A stretch of DNA of 64,000 nucleotides from Plasmodiophora brassicae. Its lineage: Eukaryota. This document shows positions 34,919-45,583 of the stretch, piece after piece (positions within the stretch are counted from its first letter, which is position 1; each line of letters opens with the position of its first letter). A model generated the notes under the pieces. The model saw nothing but the letters and a program-made list of their open reading frames with translations, did no database searches and was not told where the DNA came from. Both the position numbers and the translations under genes were made by a program. Location: assembly GCA_036867785.1 (NCBI GenBank), contig CP145421.1, positions 186,001 through 250,000 of the forward strand, written 5' to 3'.

Positions 34919-35674
34919 ATGTCTCCAGCCGTCGACAGCGTTGCCGACGGCGGACGCGGGCGCTTGCCGCACGAGTCGACGTCGTGCGCGTCGCGAATCT
35001 GGGATGCGCCCGTCGCGCTCTGGGGATCGGTCGCGCTCGCGATCATTCGCCTGGCGCCGCATTACCCGAACATGACGCCGCTGACCGCCCTCGGCGTGTA
35101 CGCCGGGGCGCGGCTCCGGTTCTGGACGAGCCTCGCGATCGTGTTCCCGGCGCTGATTGTGACGGACGTCGTTATCGGGTGCATGGACCTGAATGCGCCA
35201 TGGAACGGCACGCGTTCGTTCACTGCGTTCTCGTGGGCGACCCCGTTCGTCTACCTGACCGTTGCGATCAACGTCGCGCTCTCCGGATTGGTTCTCCGGC
35301 GATTCCACCCGCTGAAGCTCGTCCCCGTGTGCCTATTCGGAAGCCTACAGTTCTTCGTGGTCACGAATTTCGCCGCCTGGCTCGTCGGATCCATGTACGT
35401 ATGCGCCGCCGGTGTCTCTGCGGGTACCGATGGAATGGCGCGGCGCTGACACCGAGTGTCCAGGTACCCGCACACGTTCGACGGCCTAGTCGTCTGCTAC
35501 GCGATGGGGCTCCCGTTCCTCGGGAACCAGATCCTCGGCGACCTGTGCTACACGGGCGCCATCTTTGCTGTCCATGCGGTGGTCACCCAGTACGCGCGAT
35601 TCAGTAGCGAGCGCTTCTCGAGCAAGCCCTCCGCCGCAGCAGGCGACGCGACGGCGACCGAATCCTTGTGTTGA
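34919..35674 (+). CDS. DUF6580-like putative transport protein (bacterial-type, ECF S-component-like), one intron at 35395-35463
   Basis: RLAPHYPNMTPLTALGVYAGA, TDVVIG, GSLQFFVVTNFAAW..GSMYPHTFDGLVVCYAMGLPFLGNQILGDLCY; about 6 TM helices; splicing restores the MYP motif. Confidence 0.78.
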
Positions 35675-35775
35675 TTCTAAACTGGCCCCCTCGGTCGAGT
35701 GACCGATCCGCAAACCGCGTTGGACAGTGCAACGGTCAGGCAGGTACCCCTGGCAAGGTTATACACATTTTAGGA

Positions 35776-36538
35776 TTATGGCCCCACAGGCACCTCGTAG
35801 CAGTGTATGTCGAGGTCTGCGGGTTCGTCTATTTCGTCCAGGTGCCCGTGGCCGTCGTCCGCGAAGTACGAGCATCTCCGGTACCCGCCGAGCTCGCTAT
35901 ACGTTCCCAGGCTCAGATAACCGTGTCCCGTTGGACGATGGCGGATGCCTACGCAGAGTACGGCGGGACGAGCAGGTCGATCATCGCCGAGTGCTGACGG
36001 GCCTTCAGTCGGTGTACGTTGCCGGACGTCGGCGTCAGGTACCAGGTCGGAGACGACGGGTCTTTGACGGCGTCGGTCTTGACAGCAGTCTGCCCAGACA
36101 GGGCGCTGCCAACACGGTTACCGATCGAGCACAATGCAGGGTTGCTGCTGTCCCGTACCCGTTGTCGTTAACGGCCGGCGCGCCCTCCACCCAGTCCAGG
36201 CTGCAGATGTGGACGGCGCCCTGGATGACGCGCGTGAACACGGTCATGTTCGGGTGGTTGTGATACGGCAGCACGCTGTCGGGCGGCAGCACGAAGATGC
36301 CCAGGTCGAACTCGTCGGACCGGACCAGGTCCAGGTACGCGATGCCGGGGCACTTCACGACCGGCAGGTCGGCGGGCCTCAGATCGAGGGCATCGAACGC
36401 CTGGCAGATGCGCCGGATGGCGTCGGGCGCGACGTCGCCCTCGCGGAACGACGTCGACGGCAACGCCAGCACGTTCCGGACGACGTCCCTGACGTGGCGC
36501 AGCTGTTGCAGGGCGCGCGGCGACATCTGGCTTCGCAT
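35776..36538 (-). CDS. Cysteamine dioxygenase / plant cysteine oxidase (PCO_ADO) family thiol dioxygenase
   Basis: LGIFVLPPDSVLPYHNHPNMTVFTRVIQGAVHICSLDWV, GNVHRLKA, AMIDLLVPPY and RRCSYF motifs. Confidence 0.9.
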
Positions 36539-37024
36539 TTGCAGCGGACGCGCGCGCGCCGAGCCACGACACCCGCTGCCTGCCCAGCGTGGTTGCCGAT
36601 CCCCAGCGGACACCGTGCTGGCCGGCGTGCCAGTTTGCACCCGTTCCGCGCCCGCGCCTCGCGCCCAGTTCACACACGCACACACACTCCGCCTGTGCGA
36701 GTTATTTCTGATTCTGCCGTTCCGATCCCACGCGGCCCACGTTGCCATTTTCAGATGGGTATACCCGCGCGCCCGCCCGTTAGCGCGGCGGCGGCACCCC
36801 TCGACGGTATACCATATCGTTCCATCAAGCCATGTCGCGAACGCGAGTATCTCTGTACGCAGGTGCCGCCGTCGTCGCCTTGTCGCTGCCGGCGTGTGCC
36901 GCTGAGATATTGCAGGCCGTGACGCCTGGCGCTGTCGAACTCGTCCATCGTGTGACGACTGCACACGTTCGCTGGCGGGCGTTGGGTCGTCGCGACGTCC
37001 GGGTGCCTGCGGACGACCTGCCCC

Positions 37025-38158
37025 ATGATTGCACTGCTGCTGCTGCTGCTGCTCGGCGTGTTCGCGACGGGGATCGCGCGCCGATCCGACGAGAAGGACA
37101 TCGACATGGACGAGCTCGTCGCCAAGGGCGTTGCCGATGCGGTCGAGCGGCACCACGGGGTCGTCATTGGCGAACACCTGGGGAGCGGCGGGTTCGGCAG
37201 CGCGTTCACGGCGACGTCGACGAGCGACCCGTCCGACCGGTACGCGGTGAAGTTCGTGCGCGCCGTCGACGACCACGACCGCAAGAACTTTGATGACGAA
37301 TGCGCCAGCAACATGGCGATCACGGCGTACGTGGAGAACGCGGGGCCCGGCCAGCACCTGGCGACGTGCCGCTCCTGCTTCGTGCTGAATGGCTACGGCG
37401 TCCTGATCATGCGGTTGTACCCGGGCACGCTTCGCGACATCGTCAAGAACCTGACGACGCCCGAGGTGTACCGCATCGGCGCTGAGATCGCGCGCGCCCT
37501 CGATACGTTGCATGCGCGGCTCGCCATCGTCCACCTGGATCTGAAGGTGTCCAACGTGTTCCTCGACGAGGACCACGGCGTGCACCTCGCCGATTTCGGC
37601 GTCTCCGTGCGCCTGGACCGACCCGACCAGCGGGTGCGCATGCCCAAGGAGCGATCGGCGCCGGGCACCAGAGGGTACAAAGCGCCCGAAGTGCTGCTCA
37701 AGTCGGACCAGGTCGGGACGCCGGCCGACATGTACGGGTTCGGCGCCCTGCTGCACAACATCCTCCTGCGACGCACGTCCTGGGCGCGCTCGTCCACCGA
37801 GCTCGACCAGTGGGTCAACTATGGCCGTAAACGCGACCACGCTCGCAAGCCGCGTCTACCCGAGGTCCTCTGCATCGACACCGGCCTATGCCCGCTCATC
37901 GAGCAATGCCTGTCGTGGGACCCGGACCAGCGACCCACCGCACGCGAAGCGGCCGCGACGCTCGAGGCGCTCGCCAACCCGAGTCGCGAGGTGCTGGCAA
38001 CCGCGCCCACGAGCTCCTGGATGCAGCTCGCCGTTCTCAACATCGTCCTGGCGCTCACCATGGTCGTCGTCGCGCTTGTCACCAGAGCGTATCGCGCCCT
38101 GGTGACCGCCAAGGGCCTGCGAGGCAGACGGCGGACGAGCGCAATCAAATTCTTCTAG
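37025..38158 (+). CDS. Protein kinase with N-terminal signal peptide and C-terminal TM helix (paralogue of 30728..31732)
   Basis: MIALLLLLLLGVFATG signal; GSGGFG, AVK, HLDLKVSN, DFG, APE, DMYGFG; C-terminal LAVLNIVLALTMVVVALV; single exon. Confidence 0.9.
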   Translation: MIALLLLLLLGVFATGIARRSDEKDIDMDELVAKGVADAVERHHGVVIGEHLGSGGFGSAFTATSTSDPSDRYAVKFVRAVDDHDRKNFDDECASNMAITAYVENAGPGQHLATCRSCFVLNGYGVLIMRLYPGTLRDIVKNLTTPEVYRIGAEIARALDTLHARLAIVHLDLKVSNVFLDEDHGVHLADFGVSVRLDRPDQRVRMPKERSAPGTRGYKAPEVLLKSDQVGTPADMYGFGALLHNILLRRTSWARSSTELDQWVNYGRKRDHARKPRLPEVLCIDTGLCPLIEQCLSWDPDQRPTAREAAATLEALANPSREVLATAPTSSWMQLAVLNIVLALTMVVVALVTRAYRALVTAKGLRGRRRTSAIKFF

Positions 38159-38242
38159 ACGCCCGACCGTTTCGAAACGCCAGTAACATCTACTACAGCG
38201 TGATGGTAACACGCAACGTGCGCTGCTCGTGTCATGGGTGCG

Positions 38243-38421
38243 GCAGCGTGCAGTGCAGGAGCTGCAGCGTACAGTGCAGGAGCTGCAGCGTGCAGTGCAG
38301 GAGCTGCAGCGTACAGTGCAGGAGCTGCAGCGTGCAGTGCAGGAGCTGCAGCGTGCAGTGCAGGAGCTGCAGCGTGCAGTGCAGGAGCTGCAGCGTGCAG
38401 TGCAGGAGCTGCAGCGTGCAG
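38243..38421. repeat. 21-bp minisatellite, 8.5 copies
   Basis: Unit GCAGCGT(G/A)CAGTGCAGGAGCT; only copies 2 and 4 carry the A variant. Confidence 0.97.
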
Positions 38422-38488
38422 CTGCCAGTGCCGCGTTTTGTGCAGGCTGCGGCGTCGTCGGGGTCGTCATTTTGAATTCGGGGAGGGC

Positions 38489-41400
38489 ATGGCCGTGGAT
38501 GTGATAGTCGGCGACGACGTGCCGCTGTCCGAGGTGTACGAGCGGGCGCCATCGCTGCTGGAGTCGTCGACGACGTCGGCGAAGGCGGTGCGGGCGCTGG
38601 TTGACCGGGCGGCGGCGCTGTACGCCGAGGAGCGCGTCGCGCAGGCCGAGGCCGTTGTTCGCCTGGTCGCGTCGTACGCGATCCCGGGGCGCAGTGCAAC
38701 GAAGGCGCTGCTGGACCTGGCGTCGCATGTTGACACGGCGGCGATCTGCGTCGTGGAGAACATCGCGTCGGTCTGCGACCCGGACAACGCCGACTTCGTT
38801 GTCGACCGACTGCAGGACATGCTACAGTCGGATCGTTCGCTTCTGGTCCCGATTCTTGCTGCGCTGGCAGCGTTGCCGCTCCCGCAAGATACCCGATCGG
38901 AAGCGACCGTCCTGGCTCGCGATGCGCTTGCCATTGTCGACCAGAACGACCTTCCTGCTGTGGTCCGCGCATTGCTTCTGCCGGCTGCGAACAAGACGGC
39001 CATGTCGCAGATTATTGCATCCATTCGTCGCCATACGTCCGACGTCGACAACGAGCTATTATTCCCTCTGCTGCAGATTATTGTGGCACAATGCAAGTCG
39101 TTTCATGCGATTGCGAAGGGGTTCCTGTCGCAGATCGCTGCAGCGAAATCGCCGTCGCCGCTTGACCTGCTGACCATTATCGCGCTGCTGGGGCATCGCC
39201 AGTCCCGTCAGGCTGCATTCGATGCTCTGCGTGCTTCGCTGTCAGCGACAAACATGAAGTCGATGGACGGGATTCTGCATTTGCTTGATACCTGCTCCCA
39301 GACGTGTGAATCTTATGGGTCCTGTCTGTTGACGCTTTCGCGTCTGCTTCTGCATTCTCCACCTGTCACCACAGACAAGGCAGAGGGTGCCTGTACATTG
39401 CTGAAAGCAATCATCGTCCACATGACGACGGTGCGCGATGATGCGTTAAGGCTACTGCTGTCTTCCGTGTCAACGTCATCGTCACAGGTTGCTTCGTGCG
39501 CCGCCGCCCATAGTCTGCTGCTGCTGGCCGAAAGCGACGCGTTTCTGTTGCATCCGTTTTCGCAACACCTTCTCGACGCACTACATCATTCAGAACACCT
39601 GCTGCCTGCGGTCCTGCATGATCTCGCGGAAACGGTTGCCCTGACCATCGCGACTAATCCTTCGCTCGTTACATCCTGCATACTCTTCTGCCAGAAGACG
39701 ATTTTTTCTGGGATTGACGTCCATGTTCGCACCGGCCTCGTCCTTGCAAGTCATCTGCTTGCTTCGGCCGATTTGCCGACTGCCGACCGCGATGACCTGA
39801 TGATTTGGTACATTGGAGTTCTGCGTACTCGGAGAAAACGTGTCGATTAACCTGTCCTGCACAGGGTGCTGCGTATCGATGCGGAACGGAACTCACAGTC
39901 GTCATCCGTGTCAGTTTGGTTACTCTGCTCATGCTTACCGCGGTTACTTACGATGCTCTGGCCGCAGGTGGTTCCTTGACCTTTTGTATAACGTCGCTCG
40001 GACACTGTCGCTCGATGAAGCACAGCACATTCTCTCTGTGCACCTCCTCCCACAGGTACAGCCGCTATTTATTGACGGCAAATTGGGTGACCTGCAAGAC
40101 GACGACCTGCTGAATGCCATTTTGCTATGGCATAGTACGTCCGTTGTTGCACACCGCTGCGCGGTTCCGTTTCCCAGTCAATCTTTGCATGATCTCATTG
40201 AGGCTTTTGATGGCGACCTGTCTCCCTGCCAAAGTGTGCTTGCTCTGTTCATCCTATGCAGTCATGTCGCCGGAATTGAACTTAATGATGATGCTCTGTT
40301 TCAATGGTGTGTACGTGTTCTTGCTCTACACGTGGGTGCAACGTCTGATCGTGTCTGTAGTGTCGTGAAACGGTGCATAGATTTGCTGGAGGCAACTGGA
40401 GATATCAGTTCCCCTGTCACCACCAGGGCTCTTCCCCTTCCTCTTGATTGCGTCTTGCGGTCACTGAAATCGTCTTCCAATGGCCTTTCACCTCACCATC
40501 TTGTCGTTCTACTTCGTCGTCTTTCGCGCGGTCTAGAGTCCAAAGGTAACGTGAGACACTTTGGCGGGATCGTGCATCTAAATGTTTCAGTTAGAACCTG
40601 CCAAGGTGTCTGTGCTATCTATGTTCATCGATCGGCTTGATGTCGTCTTCTGTCCCGCCATGCGGTCGAGCCGCTCCCCAGCATGTCAGCCGGTACTGGA
40701 TGCCGATATGATGTCATGGCTGACGTCTGCACTACTTGGTTGGCACGAAACACCCCGTTCTGACGACTGCAGGCCACTTGCCCTTGCTCTTCATATTGTT
40801 GGCATTACGGTGCATTCAGACAATATCGATCCGCAGCGACTCTCGTCGCTCTACGAATCGTATCTGTCATTGTTCGAATCTTGTAAGTTCAGGGGTGTAA
40901 TCCGTGTTGTCGACCTCGCTGACGAGACAAGGTAGGTGGCGAGTCCACATGTGCGCTACTGGCCATGAATGTCATTCATCGATTGACAGCTGGCCGCCAA
41001 CAATCTCGAGCAGTTGGCAAGCTCTGTTTAGAAGTAAGCTTCGTACCTTGAAAGTGTATCCAATCTCCTTTATGATGGGATTCTGTGCAGACAGCTATGC
41101 GCAAAGTCTTTCAATGCATGGACGCAGGAGCCTCTCATCTCGACGTACTAAGGCCAATCAAAGTATCGGAATGTGCCAAATCATGCTTTCTGTCTCCTGC
41201 GACCTGCACTTCACTGTTCAGGGCGTCGCGTGAAGCCATTCTGAGCCAGGTTGTTTCGAAACGCGTTCCACCCGATGCCGCATCTTTCATGCATCTATAC
41301 TGGGCTGCGTTAGCCTTAGCGCCCTCACGAGCGATCTTTCCGTCGCTGATAGAACTCGTCGACGGTCTCAGTAATCTTGCTGCTGATGCGAGCGTTCGTT

Positions 41401-42387
41401 GCCATCGCAGTATTCCCTCGATTACCCAGACGACACTACCAGCGCTGACCGAGTTTGCTTTGGTGAGGAATACGGGACGCGAACGATCTGACACTGCTGA
41501 TTTGCCACGTTGGCTCAGAGAATTTCCCTTGCGGCAACGTTCCGGGCGGATCATCGTCGTCGTAGTCGAGGGGACCTCTGCGAGACGCTCGAGGCTCTCG
41601 CTGTCGTTTGTCGCATCATATCGACCTGCGCCTCAGCTGTCACTGTCGCTGCCTTGAACCGCACTCTGTCTGTTCTGCCAAGTCTGATTGACCACTGTGT
41701 TGATGTTTGTTCGAGCACCCGTTCGAGCATTCCAAAATCCAGCTTAGCCCCCGTCCTGGCTGCATCGGTCGCGATTAACGACGCTATTCGCCGTATAGCA
41801 GTGTCGATGCGCACCTCCCAGTCAAGGAAAAAGGGTTCGATCGTTGGACGCCGTTTGGATAGGTTCCGACTGACAACCGCCACAGGACGTGTGAGGCCGG
41901 TGCGAGCTTTGCCTACTCTATACCGCCGCTTGGAAGAGTCTGAGGCCCACACGGCTGCAACCGTTGAGCGTCTGTCCTTCGAAGTCGGGGAGTTCGACGC
42001 AGACGCTGTCATCGATGCGTTCATGCGATCGCTTCGTCAGGACGTGCGTTTGGCAATTGTCACTGCATCGGTACCGCCCGCTGAGATACGACCGCAGGTG
42101 GATGGGGAACAATCAGATGATGCCGAAACAAACGGTGTCGACCTTGGTCATTCCGAATGCGACGAGGTGGGATCTGCGTGACGTTTCCTCCGCGTTGCCG
42201 GCCGCATGATTCGTCTGGCCATGTCCTCTAGGTACTCATTGACGACGCCGCTGGTGACGAGGACGACGATAAGTTCATGCAGCGTTTCTATCAAGACAGC
42301 GGAGATGATGACGACGACGATGCTGAAGGCGAGGATCGTTCGTGTTACAGTGGCGCCAGCTCTCGTAAACGATCCGCACCTGAGTGA
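38489..42387 (+). CDS. FANCD2-like alpha-solenoid protein, multi-exon
   Basis: LQDMLQSDRSLLVPILAALAALPL...DLPAVVRALL resembles FANCD2 L..LL..N.SLTVPILD.LS.L.L...DLPVIIKFIL; CILFCQKTIFS may align with the LVIRKQLSS ubiquitination-site helix; acidic C-terminal exon. Confidence 0.6.
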
Positions 42388-42552
42388 TGGTACCGTTTGA
42401 GGACTGCCCACCGCCAGACCGTATAGGCGGGACAGGCAACACCTCATGTTTTACCATTACACTGATCCGTTTATTTGTTCGTTGCTGCAGAGGGCGGGGG
42501 GTATCATCCCACCGAGCCCGGACGGATGCCAGTCCACATTACGCTGCGTTCT

Positions 42553-44032
42553 CTATTGGTGGTCTGTCATCACCGGCCGCTTCACGATGTCGAGGATGGC
42601 GGCGCCCAGTCGCTCAAAGTCGGCCTCGTCGTTGTACATCTGAACGCTGATACGAATGCCGGGCCGTCGGCACTCGATCACGACCGGCATGCACTCGATG
42701 TGGTACTCGTCGAGCAGGACCCGGTGCAGAACCACCAGGGCCGACTGCAGCAGCCCGGGTTGCAGGTCGCCGCCGACCCTGAATGGGAACAGCCCATGAG
42801 GCAGCTCGACGACGCACATCGATCCCGCCCGGCAGGCGTCATCGTCCGTGATCAACGTCGTGTTCCACCTGTCGGCCAGCGTCCCGGCCGCCTTCACGCA
42901 CACGTCGTGGTTGCGCTGCATGAGCGCCCGCCCGCCCATGCGGTCGTGGAACTCGATGCACGCCGGCACCGCCAGCCAGGCGCTGAAATCCATCGTGCCG
43001 GTCCAGGAGAACTCGGCCAGGAACCCCTGCCGGTGCCCATGGCTAACCGCTGTTGGGCGCATCTGTCCGCGTTTCAATCGGCCAACCTGCCGTGGACGGG
43101 CAGCATGACGAGCCCCCCGCCCACCTTCGAGCGCACCGCCGCGTCGCGTACGAACAGGAACGAGACCGACTTGGGCGCCATCATCCACTTGTGGAAGTTC
43201 GACACGTAGAAATCCGGCCGCATCGCCTTCAGGTCGATCGGGACCTGCCCGACGGCGTGCGCCCCGTCGACCAGCACCTGGACGCCCCGCTCATGGCACA
43301 GGGCGACAATCTCCTGCGGAAACGAGAGGGGGCGCGCTAGTCAGAGGCGATGGTGCGTTCCCGGCGGTCGCTCTATACGTGAACAGGCAGCACGAGAGCG
43401 GTCGCGCTCGTGATGTGATCGACGACGACCAGGTCCACACGGTCGTACGACGCGATCGCCTGTTCGACAGCGGCAGCGATCGCCTGCGACGTGTACGGCG
43501 CCCTGGTGGCCGCGACGTGGTGTCGGGCGCCGGTGCGATCGACGATCTCGCTGATCGCGTTCCTGACGGCGTTGTACCCGAGGTCCAGCGACACGATGAC
43601 GCTGGACGCGTTGAACGGCAGCGACCGGAGGACGCAGGCGGTCGCCGAGGTCGCATTGCTCGTCAGCGCAATCTGCCCGGGGGCGTCCGCGTTGACGTAC
43701 GCGGCGACGCGGCGCACCACGTCGACGATGCGCGGGCCAACGTCGTGGAAGAACGCGACCGGCTGCTTCTCCATCATGTCCTGGTAGGCGCGCTGCACGT
43801 CGAGGATCGGCCGGGGGCAGGCGCCGTAGCTCCCGTGGTTCAGGAACGTGACGTCGGCGTCGATGGCGAACAGCGCGCGCTTCGCCTCGGCGCCGAACTG
43901 GACGCCGCCCGGCGGCAACGCCACCGGCACCGCCGCCGGCGACGCATACGCCAGCGACCCGTCCACCATGTCCTGCACCGCCCTGTACGGGTTCCCGGGC
44001 ATCGCCTCCGGCGGCGGCAGCGTCAGCACCAT
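42553..44032 (-). CDS. Class V PLP-dependent enzyme (L-cysteine desulfhydrase / Egt2 / isopenicillin N epimerase-like)
   Basis: FLNHGSYGACP, NATSA, VVDHITSATALVLP, VLVDGAHAVGQ, DFYVSNFHKW (PLP lysine), WTGTMDFSAWL, IRISVQMYN. Confidence 0.9.
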
Positions 44033-44338
44033 CGTGGCGCCCGCTGTACCTTCCCGGGGTTGTATGCGACTCGGCAGGGCGCACGGCTGTGACCAACAGC
44101 GGCGGGCGCTCCTGTGCAAAACGCCACCGAAACGACCCCACAGCAGAACGTTCGTCGACAAATCTGGCGTGTCGGGAACGTCACGGTTTGGCCTTCCGCG
44201 AATAAAAAGACGCGCAACGGGCGCGACTCGGAACTGGCCGCGTTTATTGGAGCAGCATAATCGACGGGCCGAGAAAGTTCCCGTCGGGCGCGCGTCGCAA
44301 AAAAGGCCATTGGTCATTGAGGTTGGGTGCGGGTCGCG

Positions 44339-45454
44339 ATGGACGACAGCGTCGTGGAGGGTCGGGGCGGGGCGGCCGGCCCCAGCGAGACGTTCACGAT
44401 GGACGAGCTGGACCGGCGCATGAAGCAGCTGCTGGAGGTGCAGAAGCAGCTGGCGGTGCGGGACCCGCGCGAGGAGATCGGCACGGCCATCCTGCTGGAC
44501 CGGGCGCACAAGGTCCAGCAGATCCTGGACGGCAACCCGGAGCTGGCGTCCGAGTACACGCCCGCCGTCCTGTTCGCCTCCGCCCTGTCCGGTAAGCCCA
44601 ACATCCTGAAGCTGGCGCTCCAGCTGGGCGCCGATGTCAACACGCCCGCCAAGGACGGCATGCCGACGCTCGTCTCGGCCTGCAGGACGCGGAGCACGAC
44701 GAACCCGGAGATCTGGAAGACGCTGCTGGACAAGGGCGTCGACGTGCACAAGGGCGACGGGCACTTCTCGCCGCTGCAGAAGGCGATCAACAACGAGGAC
44801 GCCGACCTGATCAAGGCGCTGATCGACCACGGCGTGGACCCGAACGCCGCCGACGACAAGGGCACGGCGCTGTACTTCGCCCTGCACATGAACTGCATAT
44901 CGTCGTTCTACACGCTGCTGAAGGCGGGCGCCGACCCGTCCATCACGCACCGCGGCCAGACCCTGCTGCACTACGTGCCGCAGCACCGGGAGATCAAGGA
45001 GGGCGCCGCCGTCTGCGAGGCGCTGCTCGAGGCCGGCGCCGAGATCGACGCCCTGGACAAGAAGGGCCTGACGCCGTTCCTCGTCGCCGTGTCGTACGGG
45101 CGCCTCGACCTGATGAAGCTGTTCGTGCAGCGCGGGGCGAACCTGGGCGCCGTCGACTCGTCGGGCGGCAACGCGCTCTGGGTGTTCGTCAACAGCGCCA
45201 TCGGCGTGCACCACCCGGAATGCGCGCAGTGGCTGCTGGAGCAGGGCGTCGACAAGGACCAGAAGGTCGGCAAGTACGAGACGCCCGTCAGCCGCCTGCA
45301 CAAGTTCGTCAGCGGCGTCAGCGACTCGGATGTCTACGCCAACATCGCCAAGATCTTCAAGGCGTTCGGCGCGCGCTTCGAGGACGACGACGACGCCGAG
45401 GACGGATCAGCGCCTGCCGACGCCAGCGCTGCTGGTGGTGGCGAACCGCACTGA
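44339..45454 (+). CDS. Ankyrin-repeat protein, single exon
   Basis: Repeated G.TPL..A......LIK.LL..GADVN-type units (about 6-7); no signal peptide. Confidence 0.92.
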   Translation: MDDSVVEGRGGAAGPSETFTMDELDRRMKQLLEVQKQLAVRDPREEIGTAILLDRAHKVQQILDGNPELASEYTPAVLFASALSGKPNILKLALQLGADVNTPAKDGMPTLVSACRTRSTTNPEIWKTLLDKGVDVHKGDGHFSPLQKAINNEDADLIKALIDHGVDPNAADDKGTALYFALHMNCISSFYTLLKAGADPSITHRGQTLLHYVPQHREIKEGAAVCEALLEAGAEIDALDKKGLTPFLVAVSYGRLDLMKLFVQRGANLGAVDSSGGNALWVFVNSAIGVHHPECAQWLLEQGVDKDQKVGKYETPVSRLHKFVSGVSDSDVYANIAKIFKAFGARFEDDDDAEDGSAPADASAAGGGEPH

Positions 45455-45583
45455 CCTCCCCCCGTCGTCGTCCGGCTGCTAAACGCTCCACGATTGCTCC
45501 ACAAGGCCGCCGTGTGACACAACAACGCGATCGGAGTGTATTGAAGGGCTATCTGCCCTCTCCAGCTACGGGGAGCGCCTCGT

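Noticed and set aside
38229-38504. (QRAVQEL)n ORF as a coiled-coil microprotein gene
   Set aside because: Explained by the 21-bp minisatellite being stop-free; no independent support.
42553-44032. Ergothioneine or secondary-metabolite gene cluster around the class V PLP enzyme
   Set aside because: No Egt1, NRPS or other pathway genes are adjacent, and substrate specificity cannot be assigned from motifs.
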